Program-made: the position numbers and the translations under genes
Shown: positions 1 through 7,833 of the stretch, piece after piece
How positions within the stretch are numbered: the first letter of the stretch is position 1
How the letters are laid out: the number at the start of each line of letters is the position of its first letter
DNA from: a virus
Lineage: Duplodnaviria > Caudoviricetes
Strand: one strand, 5' to 3'
IMG/VR virus record: IMGVR_UViG_3300021956_000017
Coordinates: 1 to 57,617 of that record
DNA: 57,617 nt
Notes under the pieces: generated by a model
Seen by the model: the letters and a program-made list of their open reading frames with translations, nothing else
What the model was told of the DNA's origin: nothing
Databases searched by the model: none

Positions 1-100
1 TGGTGTCAGAGGGGCATGTGGACGCGTGGATGGACACCATCCCGCTCAAAGTTGCGCGAGAAATTTACTTGCGTTTAGACGCCATCTTTGGAGCACAGAA

Positions 101-298
101 ATGAGCGGCACACCACTACGCCTCGCGGCGCAAATCCACAACGACATACAAGACCTGACCTTTGCACTGGAGTACGACGAGCAGGGTGTGCATCACCATA
201 TCCCCGAGCGCGTGCAGGAGTGGCTGGGCAAGCTGTATCTCAACACCGCGCTGCTGCATAAAACATTGAAAGAAGAACGTGATGCGACTAATAGCTGA
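101..298 (+). CDS. hypothetical early protein
   Basis: ORF with GGAG SD before ATG at 101; part of the tightly packed + strand cluster. Confidence 0.6.
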   Translation: MSGTPLRLAAQIHNDIQDLTFALEYDEQGVHHHIPERVQEWLGKLYLNTALLHKTLKEERDATNS

Positions 299-419
299 CC
301 TACTCGCCCTCATTGGGCTTGTCTCCACCATCATCGTGGCGGGGTTCTATGTGGGTTACGCCACCTACGCGCCAAAGTGCGGCACTGTTGCCGCAGTATT
401 CACAAAGGAGTGCAAATGA
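282..419 (+). CDS. small membrane protein (45 aa, not in ORF track)
   Basis: Hand translation MRLIADLLALIGLVSTIIVAGFYVGYATYAPKCGTVAAVFTKECK; one hydrophobic helix; ATGA overlap with next gene. Confidence 0.6.
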   Translation: MRLIADLLALIGLVSTIIVAGFYVGYATYAPKCGTVAAVFTKECK

Positions 420-679
420 AATTTCCTGAGCATAAATGCGGCTTGCATTTGTCGCACAACGCGCACCGCGATGTGTACGAAATTGTTCAAGATTATTATG
501 AACCTGATGACTTCATATCGTCCACAGACCGACAAAAGTGCATCGACACCGATGATGTTTGGGAGTTGCAGTGGTATCCCGACACACCCATTGGCTTCCA
601 TCGAGTGCTTGGTTCATCGCTTGAGCTGGTGATGGCGGAAGCATTAAGAATTGAAACTGAATATGAGGAGTGCAAATGA
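416..679 (+). CDS. hypothetical phage protein
   Basis: AAGGAG SD, ATGA coupling; WELQWYPDTPIGF motif. Confidence 0.7.
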   Translation: MKFPEHKCGLHLSHNAHRDVYEIVQDYYEPDDFISSTDRQKCIDTDDVWELQWYPDTPIGFHRVLGSSLELVMAEALRIETEYEECK

Positions 680-870
680 TTGAAGTTGTAAAGAAGCTGT
701 TGGCTACGCCAACCCCGTTAGAGATGGCAGCGCGTGAGTTGGTGAAAGCACAGCGCGAGAAGCTTGAAGCTGAGTCTGCATTGGACTACGCATACAGCAT
801 CGTTGAGTACAACAACCAACGAATCGAACGGTTGAAGCAACGAGTAACCGAAATGAAGGAGCAAGCATGA
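676..870 (+). CDS. hypothetical coiled-coil protein
   Basis: GAGGAG SD, ATGA overlap at both ends. Confidence 0.7.
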   Translation: MIEVVKKLLATPTPLEMAARELVKAQREKLEAESALDYAYSIVEYNNQRIERLKQRVTEMKEQA

Positions 871-1058
871 ATACGCCGCCTGAAGTATGGGTAATCACTT
901 GGGAGTACTTGGACAAAAGCGATTACGGGATTGTTGGTGGCCTTGCATACGAGGACTTCAACGCAGCAACACACATTGCCCGAACTTTGTCAGAGCAAGG
1001 CACGGGTAAAAATTTTACGGCAGTCAAACTTGGTTTAGTTACAGGAGCATTGCAATGA
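867..1058 (+). CDS. hypothetical protein
   Basis: AAGGAG SD, ATGA coupling. Confidence 0.65.
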   Translation: MNTPPEVWVITWEYLDKSDYGIVGGLAYEDFNAATHIARTLSEQGTGKNFTAVKLGLVTGALQ

Positions 1059-1255
1059 AAGAAGACACCACACCCATCGACCCCACATGGATGGAACGAA
1101 CAGGCGGCTTTGCCCGCGACATGACCCTGCGTGATTGGTACGCTGGGCTGGCTTTGCAAGGAAGGGTTGCAAATGCGGCTTCATTTGTAAAGTGGAATAG
1201 CCAAAAAGCCTATGAATTTGCAGACGCAATGCTGAGAGCGAGGGAGGCGAAATGA
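1055..1255 (+). CDS. small phage protein of the MTLRD[YW]xA...AY..ADAML family
   Basis: MTLRDWYAGLALQG...KAYEFADAMLRARE, a widespread phage early-gene motif. Confidence 0.75.
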   Translation: MKEDTTPIDPTWMERTGGFARDMTLRDWYAGLALQGRVANAASFVKWNSQKAYEFADAMLRAREAK

Positions 1256-1413
1256 TACTTACACCACAGCAGATGGCAGAGTCGATATTGAAAACACTGG
1301 AGGATGTTGTTGCCGACATCTATCCGCCCGAAGAACGCGAAGAAGCCAAGGCCCGCATCCTTGATGCATGGAGCGCGGAGATGTTTTATGGGAGCAAGCG
1401 AAATGAACAGTAA
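1252..1413 (+). CDS. hypothetical protein (53 aa, not in ORF track)
   Basis: Hand translation MILTPQQMAESILKTLEDVVADIYPPEEREEAKARILDAWSAEMFYGSKRNEQ; GGAGG SD; ATGA overlap. Confidence 0.6.
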   Translation: MILTPQQMAESILKTLEDVVADIYPPEEREEAKARILDAWSAEMFYGSKRNEQ

Positions 1414-1645
1414 AGAATTTGAAGATAGACCCATCGCGGTGATATACGAACGAGGAATGTTCCATGCTCGTGAAAATTGCATCCATTTTGTGATGATGGG
1501 CACTCAAGAGCCGGTGCAGACCGCCACCCTCAAGGCTTTAGAACGCGACCGCCTACGCATTGCCAAGTTGATTGCGGGGGAAGACCCAGACCTGCGCCGA
1601 CTGGTTGACTCCTACACGATGGCAAGCGAGGAGAACGAGGTATGA
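1403..1645 (+). CDS. hypothetical protein
   Basis: GGAG SD before ATG 1403; overlaps neighbours. Confidence 0.6.
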   Translation: MNSKEFEDRPIAVIYERGMFHARENCIHFVMMGTQEPVQTATLKALERDRLRIAKLIAGEDPDLRRLVDSYTMASEENEV

Positions 1646-1845
1646 ACAAACGAGACATGAAGAGAGACGCGGAGTTGGCCGAGCAATGCTATGTCAACCC
1701 CTCTGAATTTGACTACAAAAAATATGCCGCCCTTATCCGTTCTGATGAGCGTGAAGAGTGTGCCAATCTGTGCGATAGGTTCGCTAATCGAATGATGAGC
1801 GCAGAAGAATGTGCAGACGCAATCAGAGCAAGGGGGCAAGCATGA
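1642..1845 (+). CDS. EREECA...AIRAR family small protein
   Basis: EREECANLCD and ECADAIRARG motifs. Confidence 0.7.
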   Translation: MNKRDMKRDAELAEQCYVNPSEFDYKKYAALIRSDEREECANLCDRFANRMMSAEECADAIRARGQA

Positions 1846-2144
1846 AACAAGATGAAATTATTGAAATGGCTAGACAGGTTGGACTTCATATCGCAACGGA
1901 TGTGAACTGGATGCCAATCATTGGAATTGAGTACGCTGAAGCCTTTGCCAAGTTGGTAGCCGCACACACGCTGATGAACATTGACCCAAGCAAGTTTATT
2001 GGCGGCTATCAAGAAGGGTATGAGGCGGGTGCAGCGCATGAGCGTGAAGAGTGTGCAAATATTGCAATGAAATATGAACCAATTGAAAGGCATCGAGACG
2101 TTACATACGCCTCTGATGCAATCAGAGCAAGGAGCAAAGCATGA
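1842..2144 (+). CDS. EREECA...AIRAR family small protein (paralogue)
   Basis: Same C-terminal motifs as 1642..1845; ATGA coupling. Confidence 0.7.
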   Translation: MKQDEIIEMARQVGLHIATDVNWMPIIGIEYAEAFAKLVAAHTLMNIDPSKFIGGYQEGYEAGAAHEREECANIAMKYEPIERHRDVTYASDAIRARSKA

Positions 2145-2269
2145 ATGACGACGATACCGACAGCGGCGGGGACTTCTTCTTTGACTTGATAAAGACAGTC
2201 GTTGCCATGTTTTTCTTTGGGCTGTTTGTCTCAGTGATAGGCGGCGTTGTGTGGGGGTTAGTAGCATGA
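2141..2269 (+). CDS. small membrane protein (42 aa, not in ORF track)
   Basis: Hand translation MNDDDTDSGGDFFFDLIKTVVAMFFFGLFVSVIGGVVWGLVA; ATGA overlaps at both ends. Confidence 0.6.
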   Translation: MNDDDTDSGGDFFFDLIKTVVAMFFFGLFVSVIGGVVWGLVA

Positions 2270-2445
2270 AAGAAAAGTACAAGTTTGAATATACCGATTT
2301 ACGGGCTATGTACGGCTCAACGGCTGTCGAGCTTGAAGAGCCTGAAGTGAAGTGGGAATTCCTTGAGCACCACCAGTACGACATTGCCGCCGCAGCAGTG
2401 CAGTTGATTGGGATTACGGTGTTGCTGTTGGTGGTGTTGCTATGA
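2266..2445 (+). CDS. small protein with C-terminal TM helix
   Basis: ATGA coupling; hydrophobic C-terminus. Confidence 0.55.
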   Translation: MKEKYKFEYTDLRAMYGSTAVELEEPEVKWEFLEHHQYDIAAAAVQLIGITVLLLVVLL

Positions 2446-2627
2446 CTTGGGTTATAGACGTGCGGTACATCGACAACGACATCAACAAATCTGTGGGACA
2501 GAGCGTAACTCTGACTGATTTTTTGCTTGAGCATCACAAAGATGATGCGCTTGATATTCGGGTCGAGGTATTCAAAAAAATCCTGCAAGACATAGAACGT
2601 AAGAAACGCAAAATGGAGCAACTATGA
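2442..2627 (+). CDS. hypothetical protein
   Basis: ATGA coupling at both ends. Confidence 0.6.
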   Translation: MTWVIDVRYIDNDINKSVGQSVTLTDFLLEHHKDDALDIRVEVFKKILQDIERKKRKMEQL

Positions 2628-2794
2628 AAACTGAAGCCCAAAAAGTGTGGGATGCATTGAAGAAAATATACGGTACGAACCTAACCGCAGCGGTTTCCAA
2701 TGTGGTGCTGGTTGACGGGCACAAGCTGGAATACATAACCGTAGTGCTGCCGGGCGACTTAAATAAAAAGGACAAGGAAAATGAAAACACCTGA
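2624..2794 (+). CDS. hypothetical protein (56 aa, not in ORF track)
   Basis: Hand translation MKTEAQKVWDALKKIYG...; GGAG SD; fills the gap. Confidence 0.55.
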   Translation: MKTEAQKVWDALKKIYGTNLTAAVSNVVLVDGHKLEYITVVLPGDLNKKDKENENT

Positions 2795-3104
2795 AGACGA
2801 AGCGTTTGATGACCTTGCCCGCAAGCAGGGTATGTGGGGCGGTGGCTTTCAGGCCAAGCGTGCGGCGGCTGCGGACAAACAAGAGCCGTGGGATTGGGCA
2901 GCGCATGAGTACGATGGCGTACACCGTAAAGCACAGCCAGCGCAGGAGCCTGAGATGCTGACCATCGCATACCAAAGCGGTTACTACGACGGCAAGAAGG
3001 CAGCACTGGCTGGGCGGGAGTGGAACTTCTGTGAACGCTGCGGTAAACGCACGGCAGACCTGACTGTTATCCATACCTGCACACCACCACAGGATGGCGC
3101 ATGA
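2781..3104 (+). CDS. modular AQPAQEP-linker protein with C-terminal CxxC/HxC zinc-finger-like motif
   Basis: AQPAQEPE linker; FCERCGK...HTC. Confidence 0.7.
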   Translation: MKTPEDEAFDDLARKQGMWGGGFQAKRAAAADKQEPWDWAAHEYDGVHRKAQPAQEPEMLTIAYQSGYYDGKKAALAGREWNFCERCGKRTADLTVIHTCTPPQDGA

Positions 3105-3680
3105 ACCTTAACCAAGGCAAACTTGTTGATGGCTTAGTTGAAGACCTACTCAACACAATTCACAAATACGATGACAGCCTGTACATGGCAACCGTGATTG
3201 GTTGCTTGGAGTTTGTTAAGCAGCAACTGATTGATGAAGCGAAGGAGGAGAACAATGGAACGTGAAGCATTGAAGCTGGCTGTTGATGGACTAGAAAAAA
3301 TACTGCATACGTTTGCAAAAGACGGCAAAGTCGTGATGGCATCCATGATAAGGAATGAGTTGTTCGCAGAAGTCAATTCACTTTTGCAACAAGCTAAAGC
3401 AGCATTGGCACAGCCAGCGCAGGAGCCTGTGGCGCGTGTTCTACAAATTATTAAGGAGTTACGCCCTGCCATCAAGCCGATGGAAGGTATGGGCAAAGGC
3501 AAAACCACTACTGAGTGGTTTGACATTTTGGTCAAGGAGATTGAGCGCATACGGCCAGCGCAGGAGCCTTATGACCAGACCGCGCTTGAACTGTGTAATG
3601 TATGCGGCTGGAAAACGCTGATACCCGATGATGGATGCTTGAACTGTGAACGGGCACAGCCAGCGCAGGAGCCTGTGGCG
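2931..3680 (+). repeat. four copies of the GCACAGCCAGCGCAGGAGCCTG (AQPAQEP) repeat
   Basis: Copies at 2931-2952, 3408-3434, 3554-3569 (partial) and 3654-3680. Confidence 0.9.
3101..3265 (+). CDS. hypothetical protein (54 aa, not in ORF track)
   Basis: Hand translation MNLNQGKLVDGLVEDLLNTIHKYDDSLYMATVIGCLEFVKQQLIDEAKEENNGT; ATGA overlap. Confidence 0.6.
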   Translation: MNLNQGKLVDGLVEDLLNTIHKYDDSLYMATVIGCLEFVKQQLIDEAKEENNGT

Positions 3681-3872
3681 TTGGTAATTGATGGCTTTTT
3701 AATAAAGTCTGAATTGCCTAAAGAATACACGGGGCATCTCTACACCACCCCACCAAAGCGCGAATGGGTAGGGCTGACGGATGAGGAGTTGCTGCACATA
3801 GGTGTTGCAACGGGACTGGAGCGTGCGGCAGCGGAAATGATTTCAAACAAGCTGAAGGGGAAGAACACATGA
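3255..3872 (+). CDS. modular protein with three PAQEP linkers (Ea22/DUF551-like architecture)
   Basis: REALKLA N-terminus, AQPAQEPV linkers, LYTTPP..REWVGLTDEE C-terminal module, internal CxxC..CxxC. Confidence 0.7.
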   Translation: MEREALKLAVDGLEKILHTFAKDGKVVMASMIRNELFAEVNSLLQQAKAALAQPAQEPVARVLQIIKELRPAIKPMEGMGKGKTTTEWFDILVKEIERIRPAQEPYDQTALELCNVCGWKTLIPDDGCLNCERAQPAQEPVALVIDGFLIKSELPKEYTGHLYTTPPKREWVGLTDEELLHIGVATGLERAAAEMISNKLKGKNT

Positions 3873-4033
3873 CTAAAGAAGAAGCCCTGCGCATCATCAA
3901 GCTGTTGAGCGCAATGGAATCGTGGGCATATAGCCAGCCCGACAGCAGAAGGCTTCCCGACTACCTAGTGGAAGACGTTGCCAACGCAATGACGGTGCTT
4001 GAGCGCTTCGTTTTAAAGGAGAAAACTGAATGA
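3869..4033 (+). CDS. hypothetical protein (54 aa, not in ORF track)
   Basis: Hand translation MTKEEALRIIKLLSAMESW...; ATGA overlaps at both ends. Confidence 0.6.
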   Translation: MTKEEALRIIKLLSAMESWAYSQPDSRRLPDYLVEDVANAMTVLERFVLKEKTE

Positions 4034-4218
4034 ACACAGAAGTAATCATTGACTACGCAAAGCCGTGCATGGACGCCGAGAAGGCGCTGCGGGACGCACA
4101 CAACGCCGTTTTAGAGCAGAACCTGGACCTAGCCATGACCAGGACAATGGATGCCGTCATCTCTGCACGCTTGATGTACAGCTCCCTGCGCCACATGAAA
4201 GAGAAGCAGCGTGATTGA
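4030..4218 (+). CDS. hypothetical protein
   Basis: AAGGAG SD; IDYAKPCM motif. Confidence 0.7.
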   Translation: MNTEVIIDYAKPCMDAEKALRDAHNAVLEQNLDLAMTRTMDAVISARLMYSSLRHMKEKQRD

Positions 4219-4597
4219 AGAGAAGCCGCCATACCCGAAGTGTTTCGACAACCAAGACCGCTTTGACGAGTGGAAGGCCAACGCCCGCATAACGGGGCTG
4301 GGCAGTGCGGGGTATTGCGCGGACTGCAACCCCAAGCACAAGGCGCTGATGCTGCGGCATAAACGCTGCGAAAACCCAACCGTTATGTTTGAGCTGGACT
4401 CCGAAGGAAACACAGTGGGGTACATCCCTGAAGTCCGGCGGATATCCATCCCCGTGACGGAGAACATTGTGCACAAGTGGCTCAAGCCTGACGAGCAATC
4501 AGCAGTTAAATACCTTGGCCCAACCAGCGCTTGGCATCCTGTGCCGGGCACATTTGACCGTATACCTTTACCAAAGAAAGAGAGTAAGAAACTATGA
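4211..4597 (+). CDS. Cys-containing hypothetical protein
   Basis: PKCF...YCADC...RCE. Confidence 0.6.
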   Translation: MIEEKPPYPKCFDNQDRFDEWKANARITGLGSAGYCADCNPKHKALMLRHKRCENPTVMFELDSEGNTVGYIPEVRRISIPVTENIVHKWLKPDEQSAVKYLGPTSAWHPVPGTFDRIPLPKKESKKL

Positions 4598-4815
4598 GCG
4601 CAGACCAAGAGCAAGTGGGCGGAACCCACTACAAAGACATGCCGGTGCAGCCGTGGACTGTGATGCAGAACGTGCTGACACACAGTGAGTTCGTTGGCTT
4701 CTTGAAGGGCAACATCATCAAGTACAGCATGCGCCAAGGCCGCAAGGATGGCAGCGACGATGCAGCCAAAGCCTTCCACTATTTGCAGAAGCTGAACGAA
4801 GTGTTGGATAAGTAG
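4594..4815 (+). CDS. DUF3310 / SaV-like (T7 gp1.7-related) protein
   Basis: QVGGTHY...GFLKGNIIKY..R.GRK...D..KA.HYL signature. Confidence 0.85.
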   Translation: MSADQEQVGGTHYKDMPVQPWTVMQNVLTHSEFVGFLKGNIIKYSMRQGRKDGSDDAAKAFHYLQKLNEVLDK

Positions 4816-4952
4816 ACGGGGGCATAGGACACGCCTGTAAGCCTAGTAGTTGTAAGCAGGTATGTTGGCAGTCCGGCCCCGTCTACTGAGTACGTCGGCC
4901 TGCTCTTTCCCTACAGCGAATCGAGGGGGCGCTGAAACTACTTTTCCCCCTC
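4811..4952 (+). ncRNA. structured intergenic RNA: long hairpin followed by an H-type pseudoknot
   Basis: AGTAGACGGGG/CCCCGTCTACT stem (4811-4887); CAGCG/CGCTG and GAGGGGG/CCCCCTC interleaved stems (4914-4952). Confidence 0.5.
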
Positions 4953-4972
4953 ACCTATTTTAAGGAACACAG

Positions 4973-5272
4973 ATGGCAGCAACACCAGAAAAGTTAGTGA
5001 AGAACAAAATCAAAGTGATACTGCAAGACGGTGGCGTGTACTACGCCATGCCGATTGGTTCCGGGTACGGTAACGCGGGAGTCCCCGACTTCCTTGCGTG
5101 TGTGAACGGGCGCTTCCTTGCCGTGGAAGCCAAAGCAGGAAAGGGAAAAACAACCGCGCTACAGGACGCGCACTTAGAAAAAATCAAGACTGCCGGAGGC
5201 GTATCAATGGTGGTGAATGAATTGAACTTAGACCAACTAAAGGAAACTATCCAATGGATGAAAAAGAAATGA
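4973..5272 (+). CDS. VRR-NUC nuclease (Holliday junction resolvase-like)
   Basis: TPE..VK, GVPD, VEAK.GKGK.TALQ PD-(D/E)XK motifs. Confidence 0.9.
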   Translation: MAATPEKLVKNKIKVILQDGGVYYAMPIGSGYGNAGVPDFLACVNGRFLAVEAKAGKGKTTALQDAHLEKIKTAGGVSMVVNELNLDQLKETIQWMKKK

Positions 5273-5541
5273 CAACATGGGGAGAAGAAGTGAGCAACCG
5301 AGTTGACGCGTTGCCGCTGGAGAGGCGGATGATGCTTGCCAAGTACATGGACATCCTGTCCCGCTGTATGGCAGCAGAAGAAGGCTACAAGGCGGTGCTC
5401 ATCATTGAGACTGAAGACAGCGTAGCGCTGGGCGCAGTCAACGCAGACATGGCGGAGTCGCTGGGCATGGTGACGTTTGCACAAGAGCAGATGTACGAGT
5501 CGGTGATGGAGGGGCGTCCGCCCAAGGGGATGTTGAATTGA
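5254..5541 (+). CDS. hypothetical protein
   Basis: Fills the gap between nuclease and polymerase; overlaps both. Confidence 0.7.
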   Translation: MDEKEMTTWGEEVSNRVDALPLERRMMLAKYMDILSRCMAAEEGYKAVLIIETEDSVALGAVNADMAESLGMVTFAQEQMYESVMEGRPPKGMLN

Positions 5542-7505
5542 GCGCCCCCTACGACCGGATACTGGCTATTGATTTTGAAACCTACTGGGACAGCAAGGAG
5601 TACACGCTGTCCAAGATGACCACTGAGGAGTACATACGTGACCCGCGCTTTACTGCATTCGGTGCTTGCATCCATGAATTTGGAACCGATTTACGAACTC
5701 AATGGTATAGAGGAGATGAGCTTCATCGAGTCCTATCAACATACGACTGGGGACGAACAGCAGTCTTGGCACATAACGCCCAATTTGACGTGTCCATACT
5801 CTCATGGCGATACGGAGTCCAGCCCGCCTTCATCTTCGACACCCTATCAATGGCGAGAGCTTTACGCGGCGTGGAGGTTGGCAATTCCCTCGCAAAACTG
5901 GCAGGCGATTTTGGTCTTCCCCCTAAAGGGAGAGCCGTACATTCGACGGATGGACTGGCCGTCATTGACGCTGCGACAGAAAGAGAACTTTCAGAGTATT
6001 GTGAGCACGACGTATATCTCTGCGAAAAGATATTCGAGAGACTCGTACAGGGCTACCCTACATCGGAACTACGCCTTATCGACATGACGCTCAAGATGTA
6101 CACGAGGCCCATGCTTGTGTTAGACCAGACCATGCTGGCCAAGGAGCTGATTGAAGAGCGCACCAACCGCGAAGCATTGCTGGCCAAACTCAACGTCGAT
6201 GAATCAGCGCTGGCATCCAACCCGCAGTTTGCGCAGTTGCTGGAGTCCTTGCATGTGCCCCCGCCCATGAAGAAGAGCAAGACCACCGGCGACCAGACCT
6301 ACGCGTTGGCAAAGAACGACGCCATGTTCCAAGCCCTGCTCAACGGGGACAACGACGATGTGCGCCTGCTGTGCGAAGCACGGCTGAAGGTGAAGTCCAC
6401 GACCGAGCGCACCCGTGCGCAGCGGTTCCTTGACATTGCGCAGCGCGGCACGCTGCCTGTACCCTTGAGCTACTACGGGGCATTGTCGGGGCGGTGGACG
6501 GCATCCAAGGGCAGCGCCATCAATATGCAGAACCTGAAGCGCGGGTCGTTCCTGCGCAAAGCAATCATGGCCCCCGAAGACCATCAGATTGTGGTGGGCG
6601 ACCTGTCCCAGATTGAGCCGCGTGTGTTGGCATGGCTGTCGGACTACACCGAAATGCTGGGTATCTTCCGAGCCGGAGGCGACCCGTATGCTGCCTTTGG
6701 TGCGCAGATGTTCGGCATCCCCGGCATGACCAAGGACAGCCACCCCATCCACCGCCAGTCGGCCAAGAGCGCGTTGCTGGGGGCAGGGTATGGGTTGGGC
6801 TGGGCGTCGTTCGCAGCGCAGCTTCTGGTGGGTTTCCTTGGCGCTCCGCCCCTGCGCTACACCAAGGCTGACGCAAGGCAGCTCGGGGTGACACAGCAGT
6901 ACGTCCAGCGCTTCGTGGACTGGGAGGAGAACCTGACCAAGATGGCGGAAATCCCCCACACTTGCAGCGAAGGCGAGTTGCTTATACACTGTGTCGTAGC
7001 GAAGAAAATCATCGACGTGTACCGCGCTACAGCGGAGCCGGTGACCGGGTTTTGGGACATGTGCAGCGGTCTTATCGAGACTTCCCTGTACGGCGGCAAG
7101 GAGTACACCTACAAGTGTTTGACCTTCCGCAAGGAGCAGATTGTGCTGCCAAACGGCATGAGTCTGCTCTACCCCAAGCTGCGGCGTAAGAAGGACGAGA
7201 CGGGTCGGCAGCAGTGGGTGTACGGCGAAGACGAGACCAAGCTGTACGCTGGCAAGGTGACCAACAATGTGACGCAGGCGGTTGCGCGGATTGTGATGAC
7301 AGATGGTATGCTACGGGTGTCAAAGAGATACCCTGTGGTGGGGACGGTGCACGACGAGCTTTTGGCCGTTGTGCCCGACGAGGAAGCAAATGACGCTAAG
7401 ACTTGGGTCTTGGCGCAAATGGTCATGGAGCCACGGTACATGCCGGGGATTCCATTAGGCGCTGACGGTGGCGTTCACCGTAGGTACGGGTTAGCTAAAA
7501 ACTAG
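5538..7505 (+). CDS. family A DNA polymerase with 3'-5' exonuclease domain
   Basis: ExoI DFET, ExoII HNAQFD, ExoIII YCEHD; motif A DLSQIEPR, motif B RQSAKSALLGAGYG, motif C VHDE; TTG start. Confidence 0.95.
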   Translation: MSAPYDRILAIDFETYWDSKEYTLSKMTTEEYIRDPRFTAFGACIHEFGTDLRTQWYRGDELHRVLSTYDWGRTAVLAHNAQFDVSILSWRYGVQPAFIFDTLSMARALRGVEVGNSLAKLAGDFGLPPKGRAVHSTDGLAVIDAATERELSEYCEHDVYLCEKIFERLVQGYPTSELRLIDMTLKMYTRPMLVLDQTMLAKELIEERTNREALLAKLNVDESALASNPQFAQLLESLHVPPPMKKSKTTGDQTYALAKNDAMFQALLNGDNDDVRLLCEARLKVKSTTERTRAQRFLDIAQRGTLPVPLSYYGALSGRWTASKGSAINMQNLKRGSFLRKAIMAPEDHQIVVGDLSQIEPRVLAWLSDYTEMLGIFRAGGDPYAAFGAQMFGIPGMTKDSHPIHRQSAKSALLGAGYGLGWASFAAQLLVGFLGAPPLRYTKADARQLGVTQQYVQRFVDWEENLTKMAEIPHTCSEGELLIHCVVAKKIIDVYRATAEPVTGFWDMCSGLIETSLYGGKEYTYKCLTFRKEQIVLPNGMSLLYPKLRRKKDETGRQQWVYGEDETKLYAGKVTNNVTQAVARIVMTDGMLRVSKRYPVVGTVHDELLAVVPDEEANDAKTWVLAQMVMEPRYMPGIPLGADGGVHRRYGLAKN

Positions 7506-7512
7506 GAGAAGC

Positions 7513-7833
7513 ATGAAAACAGGAACTACACCAGCAATACCCCGCCTTATCAGGGTGGGCAACAAACGGTACTCCGTTGAAGTTGTAGAGGCGCTACTGG
7601 ACAAGCAAAACGTAGCACGCATTCAGTACGATGAACAACGCATCCAGCTAGGTCTACGCAACGGGCAGACCAACCGCAGGCTACCTGCATCGGAAGTGCA
7701 AGATTCGTTTTGGCATGAGCTAGTGCACGCAATTCTTTACGACATGGAGCGTCACAACCTCAACCGTGATGAATCGTTTGTCATTGGGTTTGCCAGCCGC
7801 TTATCCAAAGCAATCGACTCAGCGAGGTTCTGA
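7513..7833 (+). CDS. small HExxH zincin-like protein
   Basis: FWHELVHAIL followed by a downstream E (DESFV); AGGAG SD. Confidence 0.75.
   Translation: MKTGTTPAIPRLIRVGNKRYSVEVVEALLDKQNVARIQYDEQRIQLGLRNGQTNRRLPASEVQDSFWHELVHAILYDMERHNLNRDESFVIGFASRLSKAIDSARF

Noticed and set aside
1713-2621. 302-aa minus strand ORF
   Set aside because: Opposes a run of ATGA-coupled + strand genes with SDs; composition is not protein-like
2931-3680. Repeats as DGR template/variable regions or a CRISPR mini-array
   Set aside because: No reverse transcriptase, no adenine-specific mismatches; repeats are in-frame coding linkers
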